Shown: positions 1-8,735, counted from the first letter of the stretch. The stretch is DNA of 64,000 nucleotides from a virus (IMGVR_UViG_3300028833_000057:1-64000); one strand, 5' to 3'. Made by a program: numbers and translations. Notes: a model not told the origin generated them from the letters alone.

Positions 1-78
1 CATTTCTTCTGGTGTAATATCTGATAGAATTTCTTTCAGAAGCATTTCATTCTGTGCAGAGAGTTCTGTATCTTTCAT
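1..78 (-). CDS. 5' part of a hypothetical protein (MKDTELSAQNEMLLKEILSDITPEEM...), runs off the window
   Basis: ATG at 78, open frame to the window edge, AAGG upstream. Confidence 0.6.
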   Translation of the reverse strand, partial: MKDTELSAQNEMLLKEILSDITPEEM

Positions 79-117
79 AATAAACCTTTAAGTTTTGTAT
101 TTCAATAAAGAAGTTGA

Positions 118-180
118 AAAAAAAAACAACCCCACAGCAATGACGCCGTGGAGCTATAGCGGTGACGTATCATGCCGCTA
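118..180 (-). terminator. Two tandem hairpins followed by a U-tract
   Basis: Minus strand tagcgg..ccgcta, then ccacggc..gctgtgg, then a long T run. Confidence 0.6.
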
Positions 181-279
181 AATATTTTAAAAAGTATATG
201 TATAAATATAAATATTTTTGACAATAATAAACGTTTTTAATAGTAATAAATAATTAAACGCATCTTAAATAGGAAATAA

Positions 280-357
280 TTAACAGTGACGAGCTAAAAT
301 TTCAATTTCAGTTTCGTCATATTTCGATAAAAATTCAAAAATGTATTCTTTAAACAT
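280..357 (-). CDS. 25-aa acidic microprotein MFKEYIFEFLSKYDETEIEILARHC
   Basis: AGGA RBS 8 nt before the ATG; TATATTAA motif at 404-411 and 5' hairpin upstream; below the ORF-track cutoff. Confidence 0.5.
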   Translation of the reverse strand: MFKEYIFEFLSKYDETEIEILARHC

Positions 358-403
358 TTTTAATTTCCTATAGTTAGCCTATACATCATCATATAGACAT
401 ATT

Positions 404-411
404 TTAATATA
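404..411 (-). promoter_or_regulatory. Putative early phage promoter TATATTAA
   Basis: Exact motif recurring at 9 intergenic sites, oriented toward the downstream gene. Confidence 0.55.
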
Positions 412-424
412 AAGAGCCAATTGT

Positions 425-458
425 AAAAAATACGGTCAAAGCAAGCGCTTTGACCGTA
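425..458 (-). terminator. Intrinsic terminator
   Basis: tacggtcaaagc-aagc-gctttgaccgta, U-tract on the minus strand only. Confidence 0.8.
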
Positions 459-571
459 ATGATCTAAGAGGACACACAAGGAAAGTTCTAGCTTCAGGAA
501 AACGAACACAAACCATCAGCTAGCTCTTAGATTAATTCGACGTCCCGTCACGTCTTAATTTCAAAAATTTC
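425..571 (-). ncRNA. Putative ~145-nt structured small RNA (late promoter to terminator)
   Basis: AACTATAAATTG promoter at 571-582; nested stems atctaagag/ctcttagat and ctagct/agctag; 12-bp terminator at 431-458 plus T6; no RBS-supported ORF. Confidence 0.55.
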
Positions 572-582
572 AATTTATAGTT
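571..582 (-). promoter_or_regulatory. Putative late promoter AACW-N6-TG
   Basis: AACTATAAATTG matches the AAC-N5-ATTG motif seen before structural genes. Confidence 0.55.
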
Positions 583-602
583 ATATAGTATTTACTAATT
601 TG

Positions 603-1058
603 TCAAATAATAGATTTTATACATGCAGGGTATGGATAAAAATTCACTTCTTTTGCTATGTTATCCATAACTTCCTTAGAAAAATAACGTTCATCAATAT
701 AGATTATACTTATTTCCTTTTCTAATAGCCTATCAATAATTTCATCTGGAAAGTCACAAGCATAACTTTCTTCATAATGAAGCATCGTATACCTACTGTC
801 AAGTTTTATTCTATTACCAAAAAACATTGCCAATACTTTAATTTTATCTTCATTTATAAGAATACGCTTGGTGTCTTTTGATGAAACAATCAATGGAAAC
901 TTATAGCTATTGGTAAGCATACCGGATATAAATTCTGTAACAACTTTAGTGTCTTTTATATTTACTTTGCTATAATCTATATCCTTTATAATCTCTTTTA
1001 TCGGCTTAGTTTCTAACTCAATTTCAATTTCATCAAATGGATTGCTGCCGGAGTCCAT
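603..1058 (-). CDS. Hypothetical protein
   Basis: 151-aa ORF, GAGG RBS, overlaps the upstream gene end. Confidence 0.75.
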   Translation of the reverse strand: MDSGSNPFDEIEIELETKPIKEIIKDIDYSKVNIKDTKVVTEFISGMLTNSYKFPLIVSSKDTKRILINEDKIKVLAMFFGNRIKLDSRYTMLHYEESYACDFPDEIIDRLLEKEISIIYIDERYFSKEVMDNIAKEVNFYPYPACIKSII

Positions 1059-1674
1059 AAAGTAATACCTCGCCTTTCTTTATAAGTTTTTCTACATATT
1101 TGGTTTTGCTACCAAAGTAGAAAGCTTCTGACTCACATTGAGTTTTAAACCATACGGAAGGATCACTACCTATCTCCAAAGCTACAGCTAACCAATCAGC
1201 TACTGCTTCAAGTATATCTTCGTCTTTCATAAGATACTGCTTTGAACCATATGCTTCAGCATGATGTGCCTGTGTAGTTCTATGTATCTCTACAGCCTTA
1301 GATATAAGTGTTTCTGTATCTTTTTCAATAGTAGTATTAAGCATATTCATCTTACTTAAAATACTATTAAGACTTATTTTATTTTTGGATAAATTAAATC
1401 TAACTGCAAAGGCGTACATATATGCTTTGGATGAGAATATTTTATCCATATCATGCATACGTACTTTATCAGTCAACTCTCCATTGGATATATACTTGTA
1501 AAATTCTAGTACATGCTGTCTGTGTATAGCATTACTAGCAAGATAAGTATCTAACCAAGATTTATTATCCTTAGATTTTGTAAGATCTAAAACCATCCCC
1601 AATGAAGATATCAAATACGGATCAAATTGCTTTTCGAAATTTAAAATTTTTGAGTTAAGTAGTTTTGTATTCAT
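1033..1674 (-). CDS. DUF5662-like HD-type metal-dependent phosphohydrolase
   Basis: Motifs H..HV, HDMDK, H....HHAE, M...DILEAVADW. Confidence 0.65.
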   Translation of the reverse strand: MNTKLLNSKILNFEKQFDPYLISSLGMVLDLTKSKDNKSWLDTYLASNAIHRQHVLEFYKYISNGELTDKVRMHDMDKIFSSKAYMYAFAVRFNLSKNKISLNSILSKMNMLNTTIEKDTETLISKAVEIHRTTQAHHAEAYGSKQYLMKDEDILEAVADWLAVALEIGSDPSVWFKTQCESEAFYFGSKTKYVEKLIKKGEVLLYGLRQQSI

Positions 1675-1698
1675 ATTTGAATGTTAATAGGCTTAAAT

Positions 1699-2448
1699 AT
1701 GGACGAAATACAGTCGATTGCTCAAGCTTCTATTCCAAAAGTAGATACTATAAAAGTAGACCATGAAAATAATTCAGAACTTGAAGTAAAAGGACAAGGA
1801 TTCTTTAGTGAAAAGTTCTATAAAACAAAAATTCTTGATGGAAAAGAATTTACAAAAATAGCAAAGGCTATAGAAAAGTTAATTAGAACTAGTGAAGAAT
1901 ATAAGACCTTTATATTTAATATCTTTGAAGATTTAAATATTCATGGCTGTTCTATTCTTGGTAATGTAGGTGAAGATGATGACTTGGCTACGATAGAAAT
2001 TGATCATTATCCATTTACATTATATGATATAGTATCAGCAGTAATGAATAAACATATAGAAACTGAGAAAAAATTTAATACTTTCATGATTGCAGATGAA
2101 GTAATGAAATTACACTATGACATGAAAGTAGGAATAGTACCATTATCTCTAACTATGCATCAACTAAGACATTCTGGAAAGATCTTTGTAAATTTAAAGC
2201 AGGTTATTGGTAATTATTTAGCTTTTGCTAAGGAATACGAGCAGTATATAGATCCAGATACTATTGCTACTCTAGCAAAACTAATGGAAATGAGTAGAGA
2301 TAATGCTCCAATATCAAATAATCCAGACTTTCTATCAATTAAAGGTCAGTATTTCTATAAAAATGCTGAAGAAGCACCCACTTTAGCTATAGAAGATATC
2401 ACCAACAAGGATAAATGTCATGAAACTTCCGATAGAAGCAATATCTAG
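1699..2448 (+). CDS. HNH-like protein, paralog 1
   Basis: IEIDHYPFTLYDI...GIVPLSLTMHQLRH; start moved to MDEIQ. Confidence 0.55.
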   Translation: MDEIQSIAQASIPKVDTIKVDHENNSELEVKGQGFFSEKFYKTKILDGKEFTKIAKAIEKLIRTSEEYKTFIFNIFEDLNIHGCSILGNVGEDDDLATIEIDHYPFTLYDIVSAVMNKHIETEKKFNTFMIADEVMKLHYDMKVGIVPLSLTMHQLRHSGKIFVNLKQVIGNYLAFAKEYEQYIDPDTIATLAKLMEMSRDNAPISNNPDFLSIKGQYFYKNAEEAPTLAIEDITNKDKCHETSDRSNI

Positions 2449-3148
2449 CAGTAAAAATACGGATACTGATGCTCTAGTAAATACTGCAGATAATTTTAAT
2501 ATAGCAAAAGTACCAGATAACTATGTCATGAATGGTTATGGTATATATGAAAGTATTGAATATATAGAACATGACCAAAAGGCTAAAATACGTTTTATAA
2601 AATATGTAGAAAGCACTGCTAGAAAGAGCCTAGAACTCAAATTATATCTTGATTTTCTTAGAGAAAATACAGATATGCAAGCATGCAAGATTCTAAATGG
2701 AGTAGACTCTGAATCAGCTAGGATAGAGTTACATCATTATCCATTTACGTTATTTGATATAGCTAGAATTATAGTTGATAAAGCTATAGCCAATAAAGCG
2801 GATGTATCTAGTTTCAAAATTATTGAAGAAATTGTAGAAGTACATTATAAAGGACTTGTAGGTCTTGTACCTCTATCAGAAACAGTACATGAATTGGTGC
2901 ATGCTGGAAAACTTACCGTGTCTCTAGCATCTGTTACAGGAAATTGGCAGGAATTTGTAAGGTTATATGCTGAATATTTACAACCTGAAGATATTGAAAA
3001 GCTGAAATTTCTTATACATGCTTCATCGACACAATCCCTTGAGAATGAAAACAGAAGAAAACTCAAGGTAATCAAGCGAGTAATCGCTTATGAACCTCAA
3101 AAAGAAAAGGTAGAAAATGACGGACAAACAACTGACACCAAACTTTAA
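2420..3148 (+). CDS. HNH-like protein, paralog 2
   Basis: IELHHYPFTLFDI...GLVPLSETVHELVH; clearly similar to the upstream ORF. Confidence 0.55.
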   Translation: MKLPIEAISSSKNTDTDALVNTADNFNIAKVPDNYVMNGYGIYESIEYIEHDQKAKIRFIKYVESTARKSLELKLYLDFLRENTDMQACKILNGVDSESARIELHHYPFTLFDIARIIVDKAIANKADVSSFKIIEEIVEVHYKGLVGLVPLSETVHELVHAGKLTVSLASVTGNWQEFVRLYAEYLQPEDIEKLKFLIHASSTQSLENENRRKLKVIKRVIAYEPQKEKVENDGQTTDTKL

Positions 3149-3650
3149 ACTCTCAGAATTTATTAAGACTGATCCTACTCCTTATCAGGAATCTTTATTG
3201 CAACTTCTCGCTGATAACTTGCAGAAAGTTCGTGATATGCTTCAACCGTATGCCGTTGAAGGAAAGAAGGTATCAATAGGTATTAGCTCTGGTGTAAGAA
3301 CTGAAGCGGACTATGAACGCCTTAAAGCTAAAGGATGTAACCCCAGTAAAACATCTGATCATCTATGCGGTTTACAGACAACAGCAAAACCGACATTAGG
3401 TGCAGCTGATATTTATGTTTCAAACTGTAAGCTTTCTTTAAAAGAAATTTTTACAAAGATCATGTATTGGGATAAAACACTTCAGGTTAGCTTTGGGCAG
3501 GTAATCTATGAATACAATCCTGCTAGAAACTCTGAATGGATACATGTTGGAAATGATTGGAATAAGATATTCCAGCCCGGTATTACTGTCTCTAGAAAAA
3601 AATATTTGACTTCTATGGATAATGGTAAAACATATCAGGAAGTAAAGTAA
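3117..3650 (+). CDS. Peptidase M15A-family endolysin
   Basis: LTPNFKLSEF N-terminus, ISSGVR, SDH, AADI and EWIHV Zn-ligand motifs. Confidence 0.8.
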   Translation: MTDKQLTPNFKLSEFIKTDPTPYQESLLQLLADNLQKVRDMLQPYAVEGKKVSIGISSGVRTEADYERLKAKGCNPSKTSDHLCGLQTTAKPTLGAADIYVSNCKLSLKEIFTKIMYWDKTLQVSFGQVIYEYNPARNSEWIHVGNDWNKIFQPGITVSRKKYLTSMDNGKTYQEVK

Positions 3651-3660
3651 TCAAAAAAAA

Positions 3661-3684
3661 AAGATAGGGCCTAAACCCTATCTT
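3661..3684. terminator. Bidirectional terminator
   Basis: aagataggg/ccctatctt between convergent genes, A and T tracts on both sides. Confidence 0.75.
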
Positions 3685-3688
3685 TATT

Positions 3689-4585
3689 TTAAAACTTGCA
3701 AACATGAACGATATTATAGTACTTACTGTTTGCATATCCGCGGATATAAGTCGTTCCAACAGCACCAATTCTAGTAGTATTAGAAAGACCTTTATCTTTA
3801 GTAATGCATTGCTGGTCTGCCATATTTTCATCCAGGCATATCATATTGTAATTAATATTGGAAAGCACTCCTACAAATTTATTTGCAGTATTTGACAACG
3901 CATCAAAAACTTGATTCTTTATGGAATTAGCTTCAGCTAGTGTCACGCTTTCAGCTCCAATAGCATTACAAAGATGGTTTCCTTCACCATAGCTGAATAT
4001 AGGTTCTGGATCATCTACCAGATAAGAAAGATACCTAGCTACAATCGTGTAAGTATCATTACCAACAGTAAATGTTGTAACACTATCATGAATAGTAGCA
4101 GAAGATGAACTAATAATGCTAGAAGAAGATTCCTCAACAATGGATGAAGAAGATTCCTCAAGTACACTACTAGATGATGATGTAGCAAACACAGTATCAA
4201 TTACTTTAACCGTATCTACAATAGACACAGTATCGGTAATCTTCATAGTGTCAATGATAGAAATTCTAACAGTATCTACCACAGAAACAGTGTCAACAAG
4301 AGATACAGTGTCAGTAATAGACAAAGTATCAATCATCTTAATGACATCCTTAATAGTAACAGTATCTGTATTATTAACAAAGACAGTATCTGTCAAGGAA
4401 ACATTCACCGTATCAGTGGCAGACACCCAAAGAGTATCTACATCAGACACAAAGATCGTATCCGTGTTCGACACAATTACAGTGTCAATTTTTTCCACCG
4501 GCTCATCATAAACCGGGGCAACAGACTGATCTTCGCTACAAGCAATAAGCATCAGAACTGCAAGAATAGTGAAAAACTTTTTCAT
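3689..4585 (-). CDS. Lipoprotein with DTV repeats and a Ser-rich linker (Fibrobacter-style)
   Basis: MKK-hydrophobic-LIAC lipobox; ~15 DT(V/I/L/M) repeats; SSSS(V/I)xESSSS linker; GGAGG RBS. Confidence 0.75.
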   Translation of the reverse strand: MKKFFTILAVLMLIACSEDQSVAPVYDEPVEKIDTVIVSNTDTIFVSDVDTLWVSATDTVNVSLTDTVFVNNTDTVTIKDVIKMIDTLSITDTVSLVDTVSVVDTVRISIIDTMKITDTVSIVDTVKVIDTVFATSSSSSVLEESSSSIVEESSSSIISSSSATIHDSVTTFTVGNDTYTIVARYLSYLVDDPEPIFSYGEGNHLCNAIGAESVTLAEANSIKNQVFDALSNTANKFVGVLSNINYNMICLDENMADQQCITKDKGLSNTTRIGAVGTTYIRGYANSKYYNIVHVCKF

Positions 4586-4627
4586 AAGTCCTCCCTGTTA
4601 AGTGCAACGACATTGTTACACCAAAAC

Positions 4628-4635
4628 TTAATATA
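4628..4635 (-). promoter_or_regulatory. Putative early promoter TATATTAA with 5' hairpin (4602-4621)
   Basis: Exact motif upstream of the lipoprotein gene. Confidence 0.55.
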
Positions 4636-4669
4636 CTATTTATTATACAAATTTTACGAAAAAATAAGA

Positions 4670-4694
4670 CTCTATAGCATTTATAGCTATAGAG
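4670..4694 (-). terminator. Intrinsic terminator
   Basis: ctctatagc/gctatagag downstream of the 4703-5173 gene. Confidence 0.65.
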
Positions 4695-4702
4695 CATATC
4701 TT

Positions 4703-5173
4703 TTAGTTCACGGTTTGTCCATTAATTTTATCTGGTACATAACCTTTGCTAAGTTTTTCTGGATATTCTGTATTATACCATTCCATAAGCATCATAGATA
4801 ATGGAATTCCACAGCATGTATTCATAAACGAATTCGTTAATATCTTCTGTTTTTCAGAAAGTTCAGCAGGTTTTACATATATATCTTCAATCTCAGGATA
4901 TCTAAGTTTAAGTATTCCCGGAATATTTCTTGCAAATTCAAAGATAAATTTATCTTCACTGAAATCTTCTTTCTCTCTTTCTTTTTCAAATATAGCTTTA
5001 AATGCATTCTTTAACATAAAAAGCATTTCTTCACTTGTCTTAAATGCACTGCTTGAAGGGCCTTTATCTGGATCATACTTTTCAGTTGTACAATCTACAG
5101 TCTTACTTACAGGTTTTACTTCATTAAGATCTTTGATCTCATGGGCTTTATTTTTCTTTATGGATTTTCCCAT
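4703..5173 (-). CDS. Hypothetical protein
   Basis: 156-aa ORF, GGAG RBS, part of an overlapping operon. Confidence 0.75.
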   Translation of the reverse strand: MGKSIKKNKAHEIKDLNEVKPVSKTVDCTTEKYDPDKGPSSSAFKTSEEMLFMLKNAFKAIFEKEREKEDFSEDKFIFEFARNIPGILKLRYPEIEDIYVKPAELSEKQKILTNSFMNTCCGIPLSMMLMEWYNTEYPEKLSKGYVPDKINGQTVN

Positions 5174-5466
5174 ACGGGTGTTTCTCCCTTTTCAATTACG
5201 GATAAAGCATCTTTTAAGTCTTTGTAAAAGAGTTGCTCATCTTCTTTAGTTCTTTCATAAACCTTACAGCTTATACCAAAATATAACTTTACAGTATCAT
5301 CTGTCGCAATAACATAATTAACATTATCGAATCTAATCTCATAATTCAATTCATCTTGCTTAACTTTATAAAAGCTATCTAACTGCGTAATCTCTTTATA
5401 ACCAACTTCTGTTGATTTTAATATTTCTAGCACATTTTCTTTAGCGTATAACATCTTTGGAACCAT
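5158..5466 (-). CDS. Hypothetical protein
   Basis: 102-aa ORF overlapping both neighbours. Confidence 0.65.
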   Translation of the reverse strand: MVPKMLYAKENVLEILKSTEVGYKEITQLDSFYKVKQDELNYEIRFDNVNYVIATDDTVKLYFGISCKVYERTKEDEQLFYKDLKDALSVIEKGETPVWENP

Positions 5467-5668
5467 TTCTGAGTGGAAAGATAGAAGTAATGGTTATTCC
5501 CACTGATACATCTTTTTTACCATTACAGTATGAATCTATAATGTAATTTCTAAGGCCAGACTTGAGGGATGGCACATCTGCGCCATCCCACCAATCTATA
5601 ACCAAATCGAAATCACTATCGCTATAGCCATATCTGGCTTTAAAGCATACAAGATATTTCGATTTCAT
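5441..5668 (-). CDS. Hypothetical protein
   Basis: 75-aa ORF, GGAG RBS. Confidence 0.65.
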   Translation of the reverse strand: MKSKYLVCFKARYGYSDSDFDLVIDWWDGADVPSLKSGLRNYIIDSYCNGKKDVSVGITITSIFPLRNGSKDVIR

Positions 5669-5678
5669 GTTGTCTCCA

Positions 5679-7058
5679 TTAGTCTAACAACGTTTGAAGT
5701 CCTAGTGCATAATCTTTATCAAGACTTAAATTACTATTAAACTTTCCATCATTTAAACTAAATGCAAGATTAATAGGACTGAACTTCTTTAGGTCATCAT
5801 CATATTCATCGAATAGTGTTAAGAAGATATTCAAAACGTCTCCATCGTAATCTCCAGTAAGGAACTTTAAGACATTATTTCGAATACTCATAGTATAATC
5901 AGTAATATCAGTTTTGATCTTAGTAATACGCATATATAGAATTGAACCAATAGAAATGGTTGGGTTTCTATTCAGTAAGAATGGATGACCATTTGGTCCA
6001 AGTAAGCGCATCATATAATCATAGATATCCTGATCAAATACCGTAATTGCATTGTTGAAGATTGTCATTGCTTCGAAATAACTAATGTCTTTCTTACGGG
6101 TAAGATAACTTAGGATCTGCAGTTTAAATAATTCTAAGCATACAATATACGGCAAATGTACTTCATCTAAAGCCGTATCTACAGGTAGTGGTGTAATTAC
6201 ACATCTTGATGAGAAATTTAAACGGCTACCTAATACTGTATTTCTAATTAGACCTTTCTTACCATTTAGTGCTAATATAACAAAGTTATCGATGTCAACA
6301 ATCAACTGCTGAATCTTATTACAATATGCTGCTACAGCTAACTCATTTCTATCCTTAGAGAGAGCATGAAGACCTGCAGTTAGCTTTAGGATCTGTACAT
6401 ACTTTTCATTCAGCGGATCAGTAATAACCTTATCCTTAATTACCACGACTGGTCTAAGTCTAGGACTGTACATAGGTATTTTTGTCATAAAGAGCTTATC
6501 ACGATTAGCTCTAATTATTTCATATACATCTTTTTTCTCATCTTTATTCTTTGTGTGATATGTCTCTAAAATAGAGTCGAAGTTATTAATAAACCCTTCA
6601 ACACCCATACCTACACATTCTGGCATAGGATCTTTAGCAGTAGGCTTTAACTCTGTCTCATTCGGGATGACTACATTCCCGTCTACATCGATGGACATGT
6701 TTGTGTTAATATAGCTATTCAGTCTTGAAGTACCAATGTATTGCTGAATAAACTGATAGAATCTCGGATGAATTACTTTATATTCCTTGAGATCTATCCA
6801 ACCTACTCTAGAGATAACTGATTGTTTCTTCTCTACTATGGTCTTACAGGATTCACACTCTAAGCCTTCATAAATCCTGCCTCTAAGATTACCACATTTA
6901 CAAGAATATTCAATTTCATCTCCATGAATTTTACCAAATACTTTTTCAGAATATAATCCATCATCTGTAAATGCTCTGGATTTATCCATTATTTCTGCAT
7001 TGGTAATTACTCTAGATGAATCAAATATATCATCCATATTTATGAAACTTAATTTCAT
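5679..7058 (-). CDS. rpoC: Phage multisubunit RNA polymerase beta'-like subunit, N-terminal/catalytic part (probably non-virion RNAP)
   Basis: GLYSEKVFG, Zn ribbon CKCG..CESC, GKKGLIR, G.RLNFSSR.VI, LLNRNPTI, catalytic GDYDGD; true start MKLSF at 7058 with AAAGGA RBS. Confidence 0.92.
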   Translation of the reverse strand: MKLSFINMDDIFDSSRVITNAEIMDKSRAFTDDGLYSEKVFGKIHGDEIEYSCKCGNLRGRIYEGLECESCKTIVEKKQSVISRVGWIDLKEYKVIHPRFYQFIQQYIGTSRLNSYINTNMSIDVDGNVVIPNETELKPTAKDPMPECVGMGVEGFINNFDSILETYHTKNKDEKKDVYEIIRANRDKLFMTKIPMYSPRLRPVVVIKDKVITDPLNEKYVQILKLTAGLHALSKDRNELAVAAYCNKIQQLIVDIDNFVILALNGKKGLIRNTVLGSRLNFSSRCVITPLPVDTALDEVHLPYIVCLELFKLQILSYLTRKKDISYFEAMTIFNNAITVFDQDIYDYMMRLLGPNGHPFLLNRNPTISIGSILYMRITKIKTDITDYTMSIRNNVLKFLTGDYDGDVLNIFLTLFDEYDDDLKKFSPINLAFSLNDGKFNSNLSLDKDYALGLQTLLD

Positions 7059-7120
7059 AGATATTTTTCCTTTATGGTGTATCTTAATGTTAAAAAGCTT
7101 ATTCTTGCTTTCAACATATT

Positions 7121-7128
7121 TTAATATA
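7121..7128 (-). promoter_or_regulatory. Putative early promoter TATATTAA with 5' hairpin (7087-7117)
   Basis: Exact motif upstream of the beta' gene. Confidence 0.55.
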
Positions 7129-7321
7129 AATTTAAATATTTTTCTTAAAAATTTCAATATAATTATATATAATTTTTTATTAATTTTAAAATAATTTTTA
7201 TTATTTTTTTTATGAATATTATTTAATATTATTATACAAAACTGCAAGAATTTGAGCTTGGGCTCAAAATGGTATATTTTATACCTAGAACACATAAATG
7301 ACCATCCACAAAGGAACAATT

Positions 7322-7918
7322 ATGCAGCAAAAATATTTAATTTTGGTCGGTGCATCTGGCACAGGTAAATCTACTATTAGACAAATGCTAGTAAATTTTA
7401 ATCCTGCGATGTTTACGACCGTAATTCAACATACAACTCGTCCGCGCCGTGCTTATGAAGCTAAGGATATGTATGTTTTTGATTCAAAAGCAAGTTTTGA
7501 ATCAGTATCTAATAAACTTATAGGTAAATGCCATATTAAAGATTATGTATATGGTAGTGAACCTATGCCGGAATTTGACAGCCGTGTTGGTGTGATCATC
7601 CTTAATAAAGAAGGTTTACAAGATTTTAAAGCTTGGGCTTCTGCTAAGAAAGATGTCATCTATAGAATTGTAGGTGTACACCGTCCGCCAGAAGAAGCAA
7701 TAGATGCTAGACTTGGCGAACGTGATGAAGAATACATTCGTGCCGAGTATGCAATATACGATGATGCCGACTACATATTTGAAAATGACTTTGAGAGTAT
7801 TGCGCCCGGTGAAGTAGTTAATAATTTCTCATTACTTGGAAAGGCTTTAATGCAGGTTTCTGAAGCATGCGCTTCTGAAGCCTTATTCAAGGAATGGTGC
7901 GATGGGACAACTAAGTGA
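7322..7918 (+). CDS. Guanylate-kinase-like nucleoside monophosphate kinase
   Basis: P-loop GASGTGKST, TTRPRR, Y.F and YG motifs; start at MQQKY with AAGGA RBS. Confidence 0.8.
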   Translation: MQQKYLILVGASGTGKSTIRQMLVNFNPAMFTTVIQHTTRPRRAYEAKDMYVFDSKASFESVSNKLIGKCHIKDYVYGSEPMPEFDSRVGVIILNKEGLQDFKAWASAKKDVIYRIVGVHRPPEEAIDARLGERDEEYIRAEYAIYDDADYIFENDFESIAPGEVVNNFSLLGKALMQVSEACASEALFKEWCDGTTK

Positions 7919-8735
7919 AGAATTAGCCCATAAAAAGAGCAATTATTTTAATCCAGATATAGATTTGCTATATGGATTGGACTCACGAGTTATGCGTGAG
8001 TTTGATATAAATGCGGCAGGTCTATCTATGATCCGCAGATTCAAGATGCTTGGTCCAAAAGATATTAGGCGTCTTGAAGCTATGGATAAATATACAAGAA
8101 ATGTTGTTATAGGAAGAATTAGAGGAAACTATCCTGATTTCTCTAAAGAATTAAAAACTCATATCCGTGATACAATGTATGAATTTATGATTGAGAACGG
8201 AGTAGAAGATGAGAATATTATTTCTATAAACAACGATGCAGTGACAGTGATTCAGCCAAGGATAAAATCACATAAATTAAAGATAAATGATATCACTTTT
8301 AAGATATCTGGCGTTTATGATTCCTTTGTATTGATAAATCGTGTATCATTTTTCCGTGGTACAGATGGAAATATGACTGTTAAAGGTATTTCAGATGCTG
8401 GTCGTGATCTTTGTAAAGATTATATGATTGAGCAGTTCAATACATGGCTAGGTGAGCTAGAGAATGGATATAAGCCCATTGATATTTTGAAGGATATTCG
8501 TGATTTTAAAGATTTATATTGTAATAAGAATTTGGATATCAATTTTTATAGAAATATTCGTAATGGACAATTTCAGATGAATGAAATGGGTTCAAAATAC
8601 TCAATAGTTTCATTCATAAATGATTTTGAAGATGCGGATTGGAAAGATAAAATAGATATTTCTCCAACTCTTATTGAATTTATCATTCCATTTATAAGCG
8701 TAATGCTAAGTAAGTATAATTCAATCGCTGCATAA
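7902..8735 (+). CDS. Small protein with family-B polymerase palm-like motifs
   Basis: EFDINAAGLS (motif A-like) and IISINNDAV (motif C-like). Confidence 0.45.
   Translation: MGQLSEELAHKKSNYFNPDIDLLYGLDSRVMREFDINAAGLSMIRRFKMLGPKDIRRLEAMDKYTRNVVIGRIRGNYPDFSKELKTHIRDTMYEFMIENGVEDENIISINNDAVTVIQPRIKSHKLKINDITFKISGVYDSFVLINRVSFFRGTDGNMTVKGISDAGRDLCKDYMIEQFNTWLGELENGYKPIDILKDIRDFKDLYCNKNLDINFYRNIRNGQFQMNEMGSKYSIVSFINDFEDADWKDKIDISPTLIEFIIPFISVMLSKYNSIAA

Noticed and set aside
460-530. Plus-strand CsrA/Rsm-sponge RNA (GGA motifs)
   Set aside because: Promoter motif and terminator U-tract both indicate minus-strand transcription; only three GGA motifs
4116-4511. Antisense ORFs such as 4116-4511(+), 4746-5249(+), 13719-14105(-), 53287-53649(-) and other short overlapping track ORFs
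   Set aside because: Shadows of repetitive or biased coding sequence on the opposite strand or frame, with no RBS
7059-7319. 87-aa N-terminal extension of the beta' ORF in the ORF track
   Set aside because: Low-complexity translation of AT-rich intergenic DNA; promoter, hairpin and RBS all point to a start at 7058
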